Shown in pieces: positions 17,151 through 26,097 of a DNA stretch of 64,000 bases. Both the position numbers and the translations under genes were made by a program. The notes beneath the pieces are model-generated. The model saw only the letters and a list, made by a program, of their open reading frames with translations, had not been told where the DNA came from and did not search any database. The stretch's first letter is position 1; each line of letters starts with the position of its first letter. Source of the stretch: a bacterium (lineage in GTDB: Bacteria; Krumholzibacteriota; Krumholzibacteriia; JACNKJ01); assembly GCA_024231955.1 (NCBI GenBank), contig JAAEPZ010000249.1, forward strand, positions 10,127 through 74,126. The letters run 5' to 3'.

Positions 17151-19913
17151 ATGAGCGACATTCGCCTCCGGGGTGCCCGGGAAAACAATCTGAAGAATCT
17201 GGACATCGATATCCCCCGCGAGCAACTGGTCGTGATCTCCGGCCTGAGCGGTTCCGGCAAGAGCAGCCTGTTGTTCGATACGATCTACGCCGAAGGACAG
17301 CGCCGGTATATCGAGAGCCTCTCCACCTACACCCGCCAGTTCCTGGAGCGGCTGCGACGCCCCGATATCGATTCCCTGGAGGGGATCGGCCCGGCCGTGG
17401 CCATCCGTCAGAGGAATTCGGTGCAGCATTCCCGCTCAACGGTGGCCACCTACACCGAAATCGCCGATTTCCTCCGTGTTCTCTTCACACGGGCCGGAAC
17501 CCAGTACTGCTCGGGTTGCGGACGCACGGTCACACCGGATTCAGCCTCAAGAGTCGCCGAGCAGCTGCTGACCGAATTGGCGGGCGAGGCCGTGATGCCG
17601 GTGTTCCCCTTTCGCTCCGGTAACGGCCTGAGCGGTGATCAGGTCAGGGAGATCCTGGTTGCCCGCGGTTTTTCGCGACTGGTCACGGGGGGAGCGCTCC
17701 GTCGACTTGATGAAGCAACGCAAGAGGAGCTGTTGAGCGCCGACGTGCTGGTGGTTATCGATCGGCTCAAGATCGATCCGGAGAACCGCGATCGGTTGGC
17801 CGAGGCCGTGGAGATCGCCTATCGCGAGGGTGAGGGCCACCTGCGTATCCTCAATCGCGCTGGGGTCGAGCTGTTCAGATTCGCGGAGGGGGCCACCTGT
17901 GCCGTCTGCGAAACGGTGATGCCCGAGCCGCAGCCCTCCCTGTTCTCCTTTCAACGCTCGGAGGGAGCTTGCCCCGAGTGCCGGGGGTACGGCAACAATC
18001 TGGTCTTCGACGAGATCAAGGTAGTTCCCAATCCCGGTCTGACCCTAGAGGAGGGAGCGCTGGCTCCCTGGTCCTCTCCCCGCTTCGAACACTTCCACAA
18101 GCGGATGCTCGGCTTCTGTCGTGAGAACGGCATTGCCACGAAAGAGCCCTTCTCGGCATTGCCCGAGACCAGACGGCAACAGCTGATCCGGGGCGGTTCC
18201 GGTTTCACCGGGGTCATCCCCTGGCTGGATAATCTGCGCAGCAAGGCCTACAAGAAATACGCCCGCTTCTTCTCCCGTCGTTACATGTCCGAACATGTCT
18301 GTCAAACCTGCAACGGGAGCCGACTCCGCTCCGAGGTGGACAACATCCGGTTGGGTGAGTGGACCATGGCCTCGTTCTGCCGCCTGCCGCTTGAGGAGGC
18401 GCAGGCCGCGCTGAATGTCCTGGATATCGGCAACCCTGTTGCGCTGGGTGTGGATCGTGTGCTGGAGGAGCTTTCGGGGCGGTTGCGCTTCCTCAACCAC
18501 ATGGGCCTGCACTACCTGCAGCTTGACCGGCCCACCCGCACCCTTTCGGGGGGGGAGTTCCAGCGGATCCACCTGGCCAACTCGCTGGGCAGCCATCTCA
18601 CGGACACCCTTTATGCCCTGGATGAACCGACGGTGGGGCTCCATCCCCGCGATACCGATCGGTTGCTGAGCACGTTGATCGATCTGCGGGATCAGGGGAA
18701 CAGCGTACTGGTGGTGGAGCATGACCCCGAGGTGATCCGGGGGGCCGATCGTCTGCTGGATCTCGGTCCCGGCAGCGGGGCCGGCGGCGGTGAACTGGTT
18801 TACAATGGTCCCGTGCGTGAACTGCCCGCGGTTGATCACGATCATCCCTCCGCCACGATCCGTTTCCTGGCCGACCTCGAGCCCCTGACCTTTGGCGAAG
18901 CCGCGCGTCGGCGTGCGCGGGGGCACCTGTCGCTCCAGGGTGTGACCAAACACAACATTGTTGATCTGGATGTGGAGTTTCCGCTGGGACAACTGGTCGC
19001 CGTCTCCGGTGTCAGCGGATCCGGCAAGAGCACGCTGGTTACCGATGTGCTTGTCAGCGCCCTCAGCCGCCCCGATGGCCCTCTCCCCGGCGACGCCTGG
19101 CGCCACCTCCGCGGTGTTGACCGGATCCACTCGGTCAAGGTGGTGAACCAGGATGCCGTGGGTAAAAGCCCACGGAGCAATCCCGCCACCTACCTGGGCG
19201 CATTCCACTTCATCCGCCAGCTCTATGCCTCCCGTCTGGAGGCGCGTAAACTCCATCTGGGGCAGGAGCACTTCTCCTTCAACAGCAAGGAGGGGCGATG
19301 CCCCGAGTGCAAGGGGTTGGGCTCGATGAAGATGGAGATGGTCTTCATGGCCGATCTCTATATCCCCTGTGAGGCCTGCGGGGGGAGCCGGTTCCGGAGC
19401 GAGAGCCTGCAGGTGCGCTACAAGGGGCGGACGATCGCCGAGGTGCTGAACATGACCGTGGATGAGGCGATCCGCTTCTTCAGTGGACACCATGCGCTGG
19501 GGGAGCGGTTGTGGATGCTCCACCGGGTCGGCCTCGGCTACCTGAAACTGGGACAGGGGGCGATCACTCTGTCCGGCGGCGAGAGCCAACGGCTCAAGAT
19601 CGCCCGCGAACTGGCCGAGGCAGGCCACGAGCGGAAGCTCTACATACTCGATGAACCGACTACCGGTCTGCACCCGCTTGATGTCCGCCAGTTGCTGGCG
19701 GTTTTTCAGCGGCTGCTCAAGATCGGGCATTCGATTATCGTCGTGGAGCACAATCTGCAGGTACTGCTGGCGGCCGACCATATCATCGACATGGGGCCCG
19801 AAGGGGGCGGCGGCGGCGGTCGGATAATCGCCGAGGGTCTGCCCGAGGAGATTGCGGCCAACCCCGTATCGATCACCGGGCGGTATCTCAAGCCACTGCT
19901 GCAGCGGATGTGA
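17151..19913 (+). CDS. uvrA: UvrA-family excinuclease ABC subunit A (divergent)
   Basis: IRLRGARENNLKNLDIDIPREQLVVISGLSGSGKSSLLFDTIYAEGQRRYIESLS. Zn modules (CSGCG, CAVC, CPECRGYG, CPECKGLG..CEACGG), a second GVSGSGKST, and LSGGE signatures. Confidence 0.85.
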   Translation: MSDIRLRGARENNLKNLDIDIPREQLVVISGLSGSGKSSLLFDTIYAEGQRRYIESLSTYTRQFLERLRRPDIDSLEGIGPAVAIRQRNSVQHSRSTVATYTEIADFLRVLFTRAGTQYCSGCGRTVTPDSASRVAEQLLTELAGEAVMPVFPFRSGNGLSGDQVREILVARGFSRLVTGGALRRLDEATQEELLSADVLVVIDRLKIDPENRDRLAEAVEIAYREGEGHLRILNRAGVELFRFAEGATCAVCETVMPEPQPSLFSFQRSEGACPECRGYGNNLVFDEIKVVPNPGLTLEEGALAPWSSPRFEHFHKRMLGFCRENGIATKEPFSALPETRRQQLIRGGSGFTGVIPWLDNLRSKAYKKYARFFSRRYMSEHVCQTCNGSRLRSEVDNIRLGEWTMASFCRLPLEEAQAALNVLDIGNPVALGVDRVLEELSGRLRFLNHMGLHYLQLDRPTRTLSGGEFQRIHLANSLGSHLTDTLYALDEPTVGLHPRDTDRLLSTLIDLRDQGNSVLVVEHDPEVIRGADRLLDLGPGSGAGGGELVYNGPVRELPAVDHDHPSATIRFLADLEPLTFGEAARRRARGHLSLQGVTKHNIVDLDVEFPLGQLVAVSGVSGSGKSTLVTDVLVSALSRPDGPLPGDAWRHLRGVDRIHSVKVVNQDAVGKSPRSNPATYLGAFHFIRQLYASRLEARKLHLGQEHFSFNSKEGRCPECKGLGSMKMEMVFMADLYIPCEACGGSRFRSESLQVRYKGRTIAEVLNMTVDEAIRFFSGHHALGERLWMLHRVGLGYLKLGQGAITLSGGESQRLKIARELAEAGHERKLYILDEPTTGLHPLDVRQLLAVFQRLLKIGHSIIVVEHNLQVLLAADHIIDMGPEGGGGGGRIIAEGLPEEIAANPVSITGRYLKPLLQRM

Positions 19914-19947
19914 GAATCGCCAATCAAATTAGCGGGAGGCATGACTG

Positions 19948-20916
19948 ATGAGAATTCTGGTCACCGGCGGCGCCGGATATATCGGCGGCGTCTTTGTGCG
20001 GGCGGCTCTGGCGGCCGGGCATGAGATCATGGTCATCGACAACCTGTGTACCGGCTTCGAGGATTCTCTCCCGCCCGAAGTGGAGTTCGTGCGCGCGGAT
20101 ATCCGTGAAACTCGGTTGCTGGATCCTCTGCTGGCCAGAGCCGACGCCGTGGTCCACTTCGCCGCACTGAGCATCGTTGGGGATTCCGTCGCGGATCCTG
20201 TGGGTTATTATCGTGAGAACCTGGGCAGCTTTTTGACGCTGCTGGACAGGATCCGGCTGCATGGACCTCACCGTCTGATCTTCTCCTCCTCCGCAGCCGT
20301 CTACGGTTCAGGGGAGGGGCGCCCCTTTGACGAGGGGGATCCGCTCCTGCCGGTCAATCCCTACGGCGGCACCAAGCTGGCCATGGAGCAGACACTGGCG
20401 CACGTTGCGCCCGCTCTGGGGCTGAATTGGTTGGCGCTGCGTTACTTCAACGCGGCGGGGGCGGTGCCCGGGCACGGCGAGCGGCACGACCCCGAGACCC
20501 ATCTGATCCCGTTGGCTCTGGAGGCCGCTCTGGGACGACGGGAACTGATCGTGTTCGGCCGCGATTACGACACACCCGACGGCACCTGCATTCGCGACTA
20601 CATCCACGTCAACGATCTGGCCCGTGCTCATCTGGCCGCCCTGACGGCTCTGGACCGGGGTGTTGAGGGGGTCTTGAACCTGGGGACCGGCCGGGGACAC
20701 TCCGTGCAGGAGGTGATCGATTCGGTCGTGCGGATCACCGGACGGGAATCTGTGATCAAAGACGGGGCGCGCAGAACCGGTGACCCGGCGAAGCTGATTG
20801 CGGCCGTGAAAAAGGCGGAGGAGTGCCTCGGTTGGCAGGCTCAGTACAGTGATCTGGACGAGATTGTCGCTTCAGCCTGGGAGTGGAGTCGGTCTCTTTA
20901 TAAAGACCGGGGCTGA
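19948..20916 (+). CDS. galE: UDP-glucose 4-epimerase
   Basis: MRILVTGGAGYIGG, SSSAAVYG, YGGTKLAME (YxxxK) and RDYIHVNDLA. Confidence 0.9.
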   Translation: MRILVTGGAGYIGGVFVRAALAAGHEIMVIDNLCTGFEDSLPPEVEFVRADIRETRLLDPLLARADAVVHFAALSIVGDSVADPVGYYRENLGSFLTLLDRIRLHGPHRLIFSSSAAVYGSGEGRPFDEGDPLLPVNPYGGTKLAMEQTLAHVAPALGLNWLALRYFNAAGAVPGHGERHDPETHLIPLALEAALGRRELIVFGRDYDTPDGTCIRDYIHVNDLARAHLAALTALDRGVEGVLNLGTGRGHSVQEVIDSVVRITGRESVIKDGARRTGDPAKLIAAVKKAEECLGWQAQYSDLDEIVASAWEWSRSLYKDRG

Positions 20917-20980
20917 TACATTTTCCTCCGTGAGGGGGACTTGACAATCGGGAACATGTGTGTTTTTGTGTGCCGTCTAT

Positions 20981-21053
20981 GGGAGGGTAGCTCAGTCGGT
21001 AGAGCAGCGGCCTGAAAAGTCGCGTGTCGACGGTTCAATTCCGCCTCCTCCCA
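20981..21053 (+). tRNA. tRNA-Phe (GAA)
   Basis: Hand-folded cloverleaf with acceptor GGGAGGG/TCCTCCC, D-arm GCTC-AGTCGGTA-GAGC and anticodon loop CTGAAAA. T-arm is GACGG-TTCAATT-CCGCC with one A-C mismatch. No CCA is encoded. Confidence 0.8.
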
Positions 21054-21056
21054 CCG

Positions 21057-21088
21057 AAACCCCGCCGGGCAACTGGTGGGGTTTTTTT
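21057..21088 (+). terminator. intrinsic terminator after tRNA-Phe
   Basis: CCCCGCC-loop-GGTGGGG followed by TTTTTTT. Confidence 0.7.
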
Positions 21089-21323
21089 GTATGTCGTGTT
21101 TGAAGAAAGGTACTATGTTGTGCCGGTGGGTGGTCAGATCTGTTCACCGTCATCTCATTTGCCGAGTCGGGGATGGTGTGGGGTTCGTTTGCCGGATGAA
21201 CAGGACTCCGGATTCTCCGTATAATATTGCGGATATGCGGATCGAATCGCGACGGCACGGGCAGTGTGTTGAAATTCTTCCGGGAAATCCACCTCGGCAC
21301 GGCCATTGCCTGCACTCCTCTAC

Positions 21324-21353
21324 TTGACTTTGGCCCCTAAGCAGTTCTATATA
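21324..21353 (+). promoter_or_regulatory. putative sigma-70 promoter for tRNA-Thr
   Basis: TTGACT-N18-TATATA ends about 15 nt before the tRNA 5-prime end. Confidence 0.45.
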
Positions 21354-21368
21354 GGTCTGCTGCGAGGT

Positions 21369-21441
21369 GCTGGTGTAGCTCAGCTGGTAGAGCAACGCAC
21401 TCGTAATGCGTAGGTCCGCGGTTCGAGTCCGCGCATCAGCT
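21369..21441 (+). tRNA. tRNA-Thr (CGT)
   Basis: Acceptor GCTGGTG/CATCAGC, D-arm GCTC-AGCTGGTA-GAGC, anticodon loop CTCGTAA and T-arm CGCGG-TTCGAGT-CCGCG. Confidence 0.85.
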
Positions 21442-21477
21442 CCTGACTTCTCCCAATCCGGGAGGAGGCACCTTATG

Positions 21478-21510
21478 GGCCGTTCCGGTAGGGACGGCCT
21501 TTCCATTTTC
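21478..21510 (+). terminator. terminator-like hairpin between tRNA-Thr and glmM
   Basis: GGCCGTTCC-GGTA-GGGACGGCC (9 bp) followed by TTTCCATTTTCC. It ends 2 nt before the glmM RBS GGGAGG. Confidence 0.5.
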
Positions 21511-21522
21511 CGGGAGGCCCAA

Positions 21523-22890
21523 ATGGCACCCTTGATGGTGAGTGTATCTGGAATCCGTGGTATCGTGGGTGAGTCGTTGTTGCCCGAAGTGATAATCCGC
21601 TACACGGCCGCGTATGCCACCTGGTGCCGCAATCAGGGAGACAGTCGGATCGTCGTCATCGGACGGGATGGCCGCCCCAGCGGCATGATGGTTCTGGATC
21701 TGGTCAAGGGGACGCTGGCGGCCGCCGGGTTCGAAGCGGTGGATCTGGGGGTGTGCACCACGCCGGGCACAGCCATGGCCGTGCCCGCCTGCAACGCTAT
21801 CGGCGGCATCGTCATCACCGCCAGCCATAACCCCGCTCCCTGGAATGCCCTGAAATTCCTCGATGCGGACGGTAACTTCCTCTCGCCGGCGAATGGCGAG
21901 GCGGTCCTGGCCGTTGAGCAGACGGGTGATTTCGCCTGGCAGGGTCATGAGACGCTGGGTTCGAGCCGCGTCTGGGACGGCGCTGATCGGCATCATATCG
22001 ATGCGATCCTGGCCCTGTCGTCGGTGGATCGCAACGCCATCGCCACCGGAAAATTCAAGGTGGTTGTCGATGCGGTCAACTCCTCAGGCAGCGAGGTGTT
22101 GCCCAATCTGCTCGAGATCCTCGGGTGTGAGGTCGTGCGTCTCTACTGCGACGGCACCGGCATCTTCCCCCATGTGGCCGAGCCCAAACCCGAAAACCTG
22201 GGTGACCTGGCCGTGCGTGTGCGCGAGGAGGGGGCCGATCTCGGTCTGGCTCTCGACCCGGACAGCGATCGTCTGGTCCTTGTCGATGAGACGGGCACGG
22301 TTCTCTCCGAGGAGTTCACTCTGGCGCTGGTCATGGATTATTTCCTCGCCCGGCAGCCCGGTCCGGTTGCCGCGAACATGAGCTCCAGCAGGGTTCTCGA
22401 CGATGTCGCCGCCAGGCACGGGCAGATCTGCCATCGCTCGGCGGTGGGCGAGGCGCATGTGGTTGCCGCGATGGTTGAGCACGATGCCGTGATCGGCGGC
22501 GAGGGTAATGGTGGTGTGATCCTGCCCGAGTTGCATGCAGGGCGGGACGGACTGGTCGGTTCGGCGCTCATGCTCTCCTCGCTGGCGACTTCGGGGCGCA
22601 AGCTCTCCGAACTGGCGGCCGATCTTCCGGTGTACGTTATGGAGAAACGGCGGGTGGAGCTGCAGGCCAAGGGCGATATGGATGAAATCAGAGCGCTGGC
22701 CCTTGAGCATTTCACCGGGGAACTAGATACCAGGGATGGCGTTAAGGCCAATTCCGCCGAAGGGTGGATCCATGTACGCCCCTCGAACACCGAAGCGATT
22801 CTCCGCATCAGTGGAGAATCAAACGATGCCGAGTGGCTGAAAACCGAGTTGAATCGGGTCGAAGATATTTTTAGACGACATTTGGGTTGA
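21523..22890 (+). CDS. glmM: phosphoglucosamine mutase (alpha-D-phosphohexomutase family)
   Basis: ORF 21406.. trimmed to ATG 21523 after GGGAGG. It has VSVSGIRGIVGE, the active-site ITASHNPAPWNALKF and DPDSDR. Adjacency to glmS supports the GlmM assignment. Confidence 0.8.
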   Translation: MAPLMVSVSGIRGIVGESLLPEVIIRYTAAYATWCRNQGDSRIVVIGRDGRPSGMMVLDLVKGTLAAAGFEAVDLGVCTTPGTAMAVPACNAIGGIVITASHNPAPWNALKFLDADGNFLSPANGEAVLAVEQTGDFAWQGHETLGSSRVWDGADRHHIDAILALSSVDRNAIATGKFKVVVDAVNSSGSEVLPNLLEILGCEVVRLYCDGTGIFPHVAEPKPENLGDLAVRVREEGADLGLALDPDSDRLVLVDETGTVLSEEFTLALVMDYFLARQPGPVAANMSSSRVLDDVAARHGQICHRSAVGEAHVVAAMVEHDAVIGGEGNGGVILPELHAGRDGLVGSALMLSSLATSGRKLSELAADLPVYVMEKRRVELQAKGDMDEIRALALEHFTGELDTRDGVKANSAEGWIHVRPSNTEAILRISGESNDAEWLKTELNRVEDIFRRHLG

Positions 22891-22953
22891 TCAATCTGCA
22901 CATCGGACGGATAATCAACAAAATCGTAATAACCTGCAGCAAAGAGGCGTTCT

Positions 22954-24780
22954 ATGTGTGGAATTATTGGCTATGTGGGCAGTCGTCCGGTTTTACCCAT
23001 CCTGCTTGAGGGGCTGAAAAGATTGGAGTACAGGGGTTATGACTCCGCGGGTGTCGCTCTGCATGTTCCCGAAGGGATCGAGGTCATCAAGGCGAAGGGC
23101 AAGATCGTCAACCTTGAGGAGACCCTGAACGGTCTTGAGTTCGAATCCTCGGTGGGGATTGCCCATACCCGTTGGGCCACTCACGGTCCGCCAAACCACA
23201 ACAATGCCCACCCCCATGTGGACTCCGTCGGCGACCTGGCGATAGTGCATAACGGCATCATCGAAAACAACCATTTCCTCCGCCGCTTCCTCGGCGAGCA
23301 GGGGATTGAGTTTCAGACCGATACGGACTCCGAGGCTCTGGCGCAGTTGATCGCCTTTTACTATGAGGGGAGCCTGGAGCAGGCCGTCCGCAAGGCGCTG
23401 TCGATCATCGAGGGCACGTACGGTATTGCCGTAGTGCACAAGAATCATCCCCGCAAAATGGTTGGCGCCCGCAACGGCAGTCCGATGGTGGTCGGTATCG
23501 GCGAGAATGAGCATTTCCTCGCCAGCGACGTGGCGGCGATTCTGGCTCACACCCGCCAGGTGATCTACCTGGATGATCAGGAGATGGTCGTCATCGAGGA
23601 CGGCTCCTTCCGCACCAAGACCGTGACTAATCTGGAAATCCAGAAGCCTGTGCAACAGGTGACCTGGGATCTCGAGAGCATAGAGAAAGGCGGCTATGAC
23701 CACTTCATGCTCAAGGAGATCTACGAACAACCCAGCACGATCCGCAACGCCTTCCGGGGGCGCTTGCTGGAGGAGGATGGTAAAGCCAAGGTCGGTGGTC
23801 TGACCGATAACATCGAATCGCTGCGCGCCATGGATCGCTGCCTCTTCCTCGCCTGCGGCACGAGCTGGCATTCGGCCCTGATCGGCGAATACATGATCGA
23901 GCGGCTTGCCCGCATACCGGTTGAGGTGGAGTACGCCTCTGAATTCCGCTACCGCAATCCCATTATCGATGACGGCAATGTCGCCTGGGCCATCACCCAG
24001 TCCGGCGAGACGGTGGATACCCTCGCCGCCATGCGGGAAGCCAAGACCAAGGGCGCCCTCGCCCTGGGCATCTGCAATGTGGTGGGCAGCACTATCGCCC
24101 GTGAGAGCGATGGGGGCGTCTACATCCATGCCGGTCCGGAGATCGGCGTGGCCAGCACCAAGGCCTTTACCAGCCAGGTGACGGTTCTGGCGGTGATCAC
24201 CCTTCTGATCGGCCGCTTCCACAACCTCTCCAAGGACAGGGGGCAGGAGCTGGTGCAGGAGCTGAAGGCGATCCCGGAGAAGGTGGAGAAGATTCTTGCC
24301 ATGGATGATGAGATCCAGAAGATCGCCAAGGTCTACTCCAAGGCGGATAACTTCCTCTACCTGGGGCGCGGGATCAACTTCCCCGTGGCCCTGGAGGGTG
24401 CGCTGAAGCTGAAGGAGATCTCCTATGTCCATGCGGAGGGGTATCCGGCAGCCGAGATGAAGCACGGTCCCATCGCCCTGATCGACGAGAACATGCCGGT
24501 GGTGTTCGTCAGTCCGCGAGGCGGCGACAACGAGAAGATCCTGGGGAACATGGAGGAGGTCAAGGCGCGCGGCGGTAAGATCATCGCCGTCGTCAACGAG
24601 GGGGACGTCAATGCGTCGGCGCTCGCCGATCATGTGATCTCGATCCCCGAGACCGTGGACTACCTCTCACCGCTGCTGACGGTGATCCCGCTGCAGCTTC
24701 TGGCCTATCACATCGCAATTCTGCGCGGCTGCAACGTCGATCAGCCGCGTAACCTCGCCAAAAGCGTAACCGTGGAGTAG
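22954..24780 (+). CDS. glmS: glutamine--fructose-6-phosphate aminotransferase
   Basis: MCGIIGYVG N-terminal nucleophile, two SIS domains, and a C-terminal ...DQPRNLAKSVTVE. Confidence 0.97.
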   Translation: MCGIIGYVGSRPVLPILLEGLKRLEYRGYDSAGVALHVPEGIEVIKAKGKIVNLEETLNGLEFESSVGIAHTRWATHGPPNHNNAHPHVDSVGDLAIVHNGIIENNHFLRRFLGEQGIEFQTDTDSEALAQLIAFYYEGSLEQAVRKALSIIEGTYGIAVVHKNHPRKMVGARNGSPMVVGIGENEHFLASDVAAILAHTRQVIYLDDQEMVVIEDGSFRTKTVTNLEIQKPVQQVTWDLESIEKGGYDHFMLKEIYEQPSTIRNAFRGRLLEEDGKAKVGGLTDNIESLRAMDRCLFLACGTSWHSALIGEYMIERLARIPVEVEYASEFRYRNPIIDDGNVAWAITQSGETVDTLAAMREAKTKGALALGICNVVGSTIARESDGGVYIHAGPEIGVASTKAFTSQVTVLAVITLLIGRFHNLSKDRGQELVQELKAIPEKVEKILAMDDEIQKIAKVYSKADNFLYLGRGINFPVALEGALKLKEISYVHAEGYPAAEMKHGPIALIDENMPVVFVSPRGGDNEKILGNMEEVKARGGKIIAVVNEGDVNASALADHVISIPETVDYLSPLLTVIPLQLLAYHIAILRGCNVDQPRNLAKSVTVE

Positions 24781-24783
24781 AGC

Positions 24784-25179
24784 ATGAAAAGAGAGATCAT
24801 CAGCACCGGTCAGGCCCCTGCGGCTATCGGTCCCTACAACCAGGCTGTCCGTGCCGGAAATCTGATTTTTACGGCCGGACAGGTGCCGCTGGATCCGGCT
24901 ACCATGAAAATGGTCGATGGTGGGATCCGGGAGCAGTCCGCTCAGGTCATGAAGAACCTTGAAGCGGTGCTCGCCGCGGCCGGCGCCGGTTTTGGCGACG
25001 TGGTCAAGAGCACCTGCTTCATGGCGGATCTGTCTCAGTTCGCCGAGTTCAACGATATCTACGGGGCCGTCTTTGCAGGGATGGAACCACCCGCCCGTTC
25101 GGCCTTCCAGGTCGCGGCTCTCCCGCTCGGTGCCCTCATCGAAGTGGAGATGGTGGCCATCGCGCCTGAAATGGATTAG
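24784..25179 (+). CDS. ridA: RidA/YjgF family reactive-intermediate deaminase
   Basis: APAAIGPYNQAV..GNLIFTAGQVPLDP...PARSAFQVAALPLGALIEVEMVA. Confidence 0.9.
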   Translation: MKREIISTGQAPAAIGPYNQAVRAGNLIFTAGQVPLDPATMKMVDGGIREQSAQVMKNLEAVLAAAGAGFGDVVKSTCFMADLSQFAEFNDIYGAVFAGMEPPARSAFQVAALPLGALIEVEMVAIAPEMD

Positions 25180-25183
25180 ATTG

Positions 25184-25207
25184 CATCCAGTTGCCGTCAA
25201 CTGGATG
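25184..25207 (+). other. perfect 10-bp hairpin between ridA and tRNA-Sec
   Basis: CATCCAGTTG-CCGT-CAACTGGATG. No T-tract follows, so it could be a terminator or a processing element. Confidence 0.35.
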
Positions 25208-25249
25208 GCTCAAAGGAGCGCTCGTGGGAAACGGGCAGCGTATGATTTC

Positions 25250-25347
25250 GGGAGTGGATGGGTCCTGGTGGGCTCCAAGGACTTCAAATCCTTATGCCGG
25301 GTGCTAAAACCATCCGGGGTGGGTTCGATTCCCACACATTCCCGCCA
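25250..25347 (+). tRNA. selC: tRNA-Sec (TCA), selenocysteine tRNA
   Basis: 98 nt. Acceptor GGGAGTG(G)/ACATTCCC, a 6-bp D-stem (GGGTCC/GGGCTC) with 4-nt loop TGGT, and anticodon loop CTTCAAA. It also has a long variable arm (CCGGGTG..CCATCCGG), T-arm GTGGG-TTCGATT-CCCAC, discriminator G and an encoded CCA. Confidence 0.85.
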
Positions 25348-25375
25348 TTTTCTCCCCTCAGCGAGGCTTTGATTA

Positions 25376-26089
25376 ATGGGCCGGTTGTCTCCGACCATAT
25401 TCCTGTTTGCCGCCATTCTGATTCAGGCGGGCATCTGCCCTGCGCAGGGGATCGCTGATCCCGTGCCGGTTGTCGAGGACAGTCTTGGTGTCGGTCAGGT
25501 GGAGACCCCTTCCGGTACGGAGCCGCAGGTGACGGGGTCATCAGCGGATCCTGCGCCCCGCGGGCAGCGAGGCTCTGCCGGTCCGGGTGAGGACGTGGAT
25601 TCCGGCGCAACCGCTTTCCGGATTCCGGATCGTCTCGTACGTGACGACCGGTCTGTCGGCGGACGCAATGCGCGTCTGGCGATGTTGACGTCGCTGAGTT
25701 TCCCCGGATTGGGTCAACTCTACAACAATGAGGGGTGGAAGACCCTGCTGGTATTCGGCTGGGAAGCCTATTACATTGCGCGGATCGTGCGCGACGGCAG
25801 GCTGGCCGATTTCTACAAGCGGAAGGCCGATTCTCTTGGCGAGGGGGAGACCTGGCGCGGGTTGGGCTATGAGGATCTGCGCGCTCGTTTCAACCGGAGA
25901 ATTGAGCGGGAGACCGATTACATCTGGTACAGCGGCGCTCTGATCCTGGCGAGCATCCTCGATGCGTATGTGTTTGCGCACCTGCATGATTTCGATATCG
26001 ATGACATCCGGGGACGACGTGCGTCCGTTTTGCCCATGATCGATCACGAAGAGCGCTCCGTGGGCCTGCAACTGTGGCTACAATTTTAG
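25376..26089 (+). CDS. membrane/exported protein, DUF5683-like
   Basis: Signal peptide. The SFPGLGQLYNNEGWKTLLVFGWEAYYI motif resembles the Bacteroidota DUF5683 signature (PGLGQIYNxxYWK). Family assignment is from memory. Confidence 0.6.
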   Translation: MGRLSPTIFLFAAILIQAGICPAQGIADPVPVVEDSLGVGQVETPSGTEPQVTGSSADPAPRGQRGSAGPGEDVDSGATAFRIPDRLVRDDRSVGGRNARLAMLTSLSFPGLGQLYNNEGWKTLLVFGWEAYYIARIVRDGRLADFYKRKADSLGEGETWRGLGYEDLRARFNRRIERETDYIWYSGALILASILDAYVFAHLHDFDIDDIRGRRASVLPMIDHEERSVGLQLWLQF

Positions 26090-26097
26090 GCGGGGGA

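Noticed and set aside
18045-19781. 578-aa ORF on the minus strand inside uvrA
   Set aside because: It is antisense to a gene with unmistakable UvrA motifs. The translation is low-complexity (G/A/R/P/Q/H-rich) with no motifs, which is the usual stop-poor antisense frame of GC-rich DNA.
21076-21327. 83-aa Cys/His/Arg-rich ORF in the tRNA-Phe/tRNA-Thr spacer
   Set aside because: It has no RBS, starts inside the tRNA-Phe terminator, and overlaps the tRNA-Thr promoter. Its composition is non-protein-like.
22891-22953. Checked for a glmS ribozyme upstream of glmS
   Set aside because: The 63-nt spacer is too short and lacks the conserved glmS ribozyme core.
22993-24633. 546-aa minus-strand ORF inside glmS
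   Set aside because: It is antisense to glmS, which is conserved end to end, so this is an artefactual open frame.
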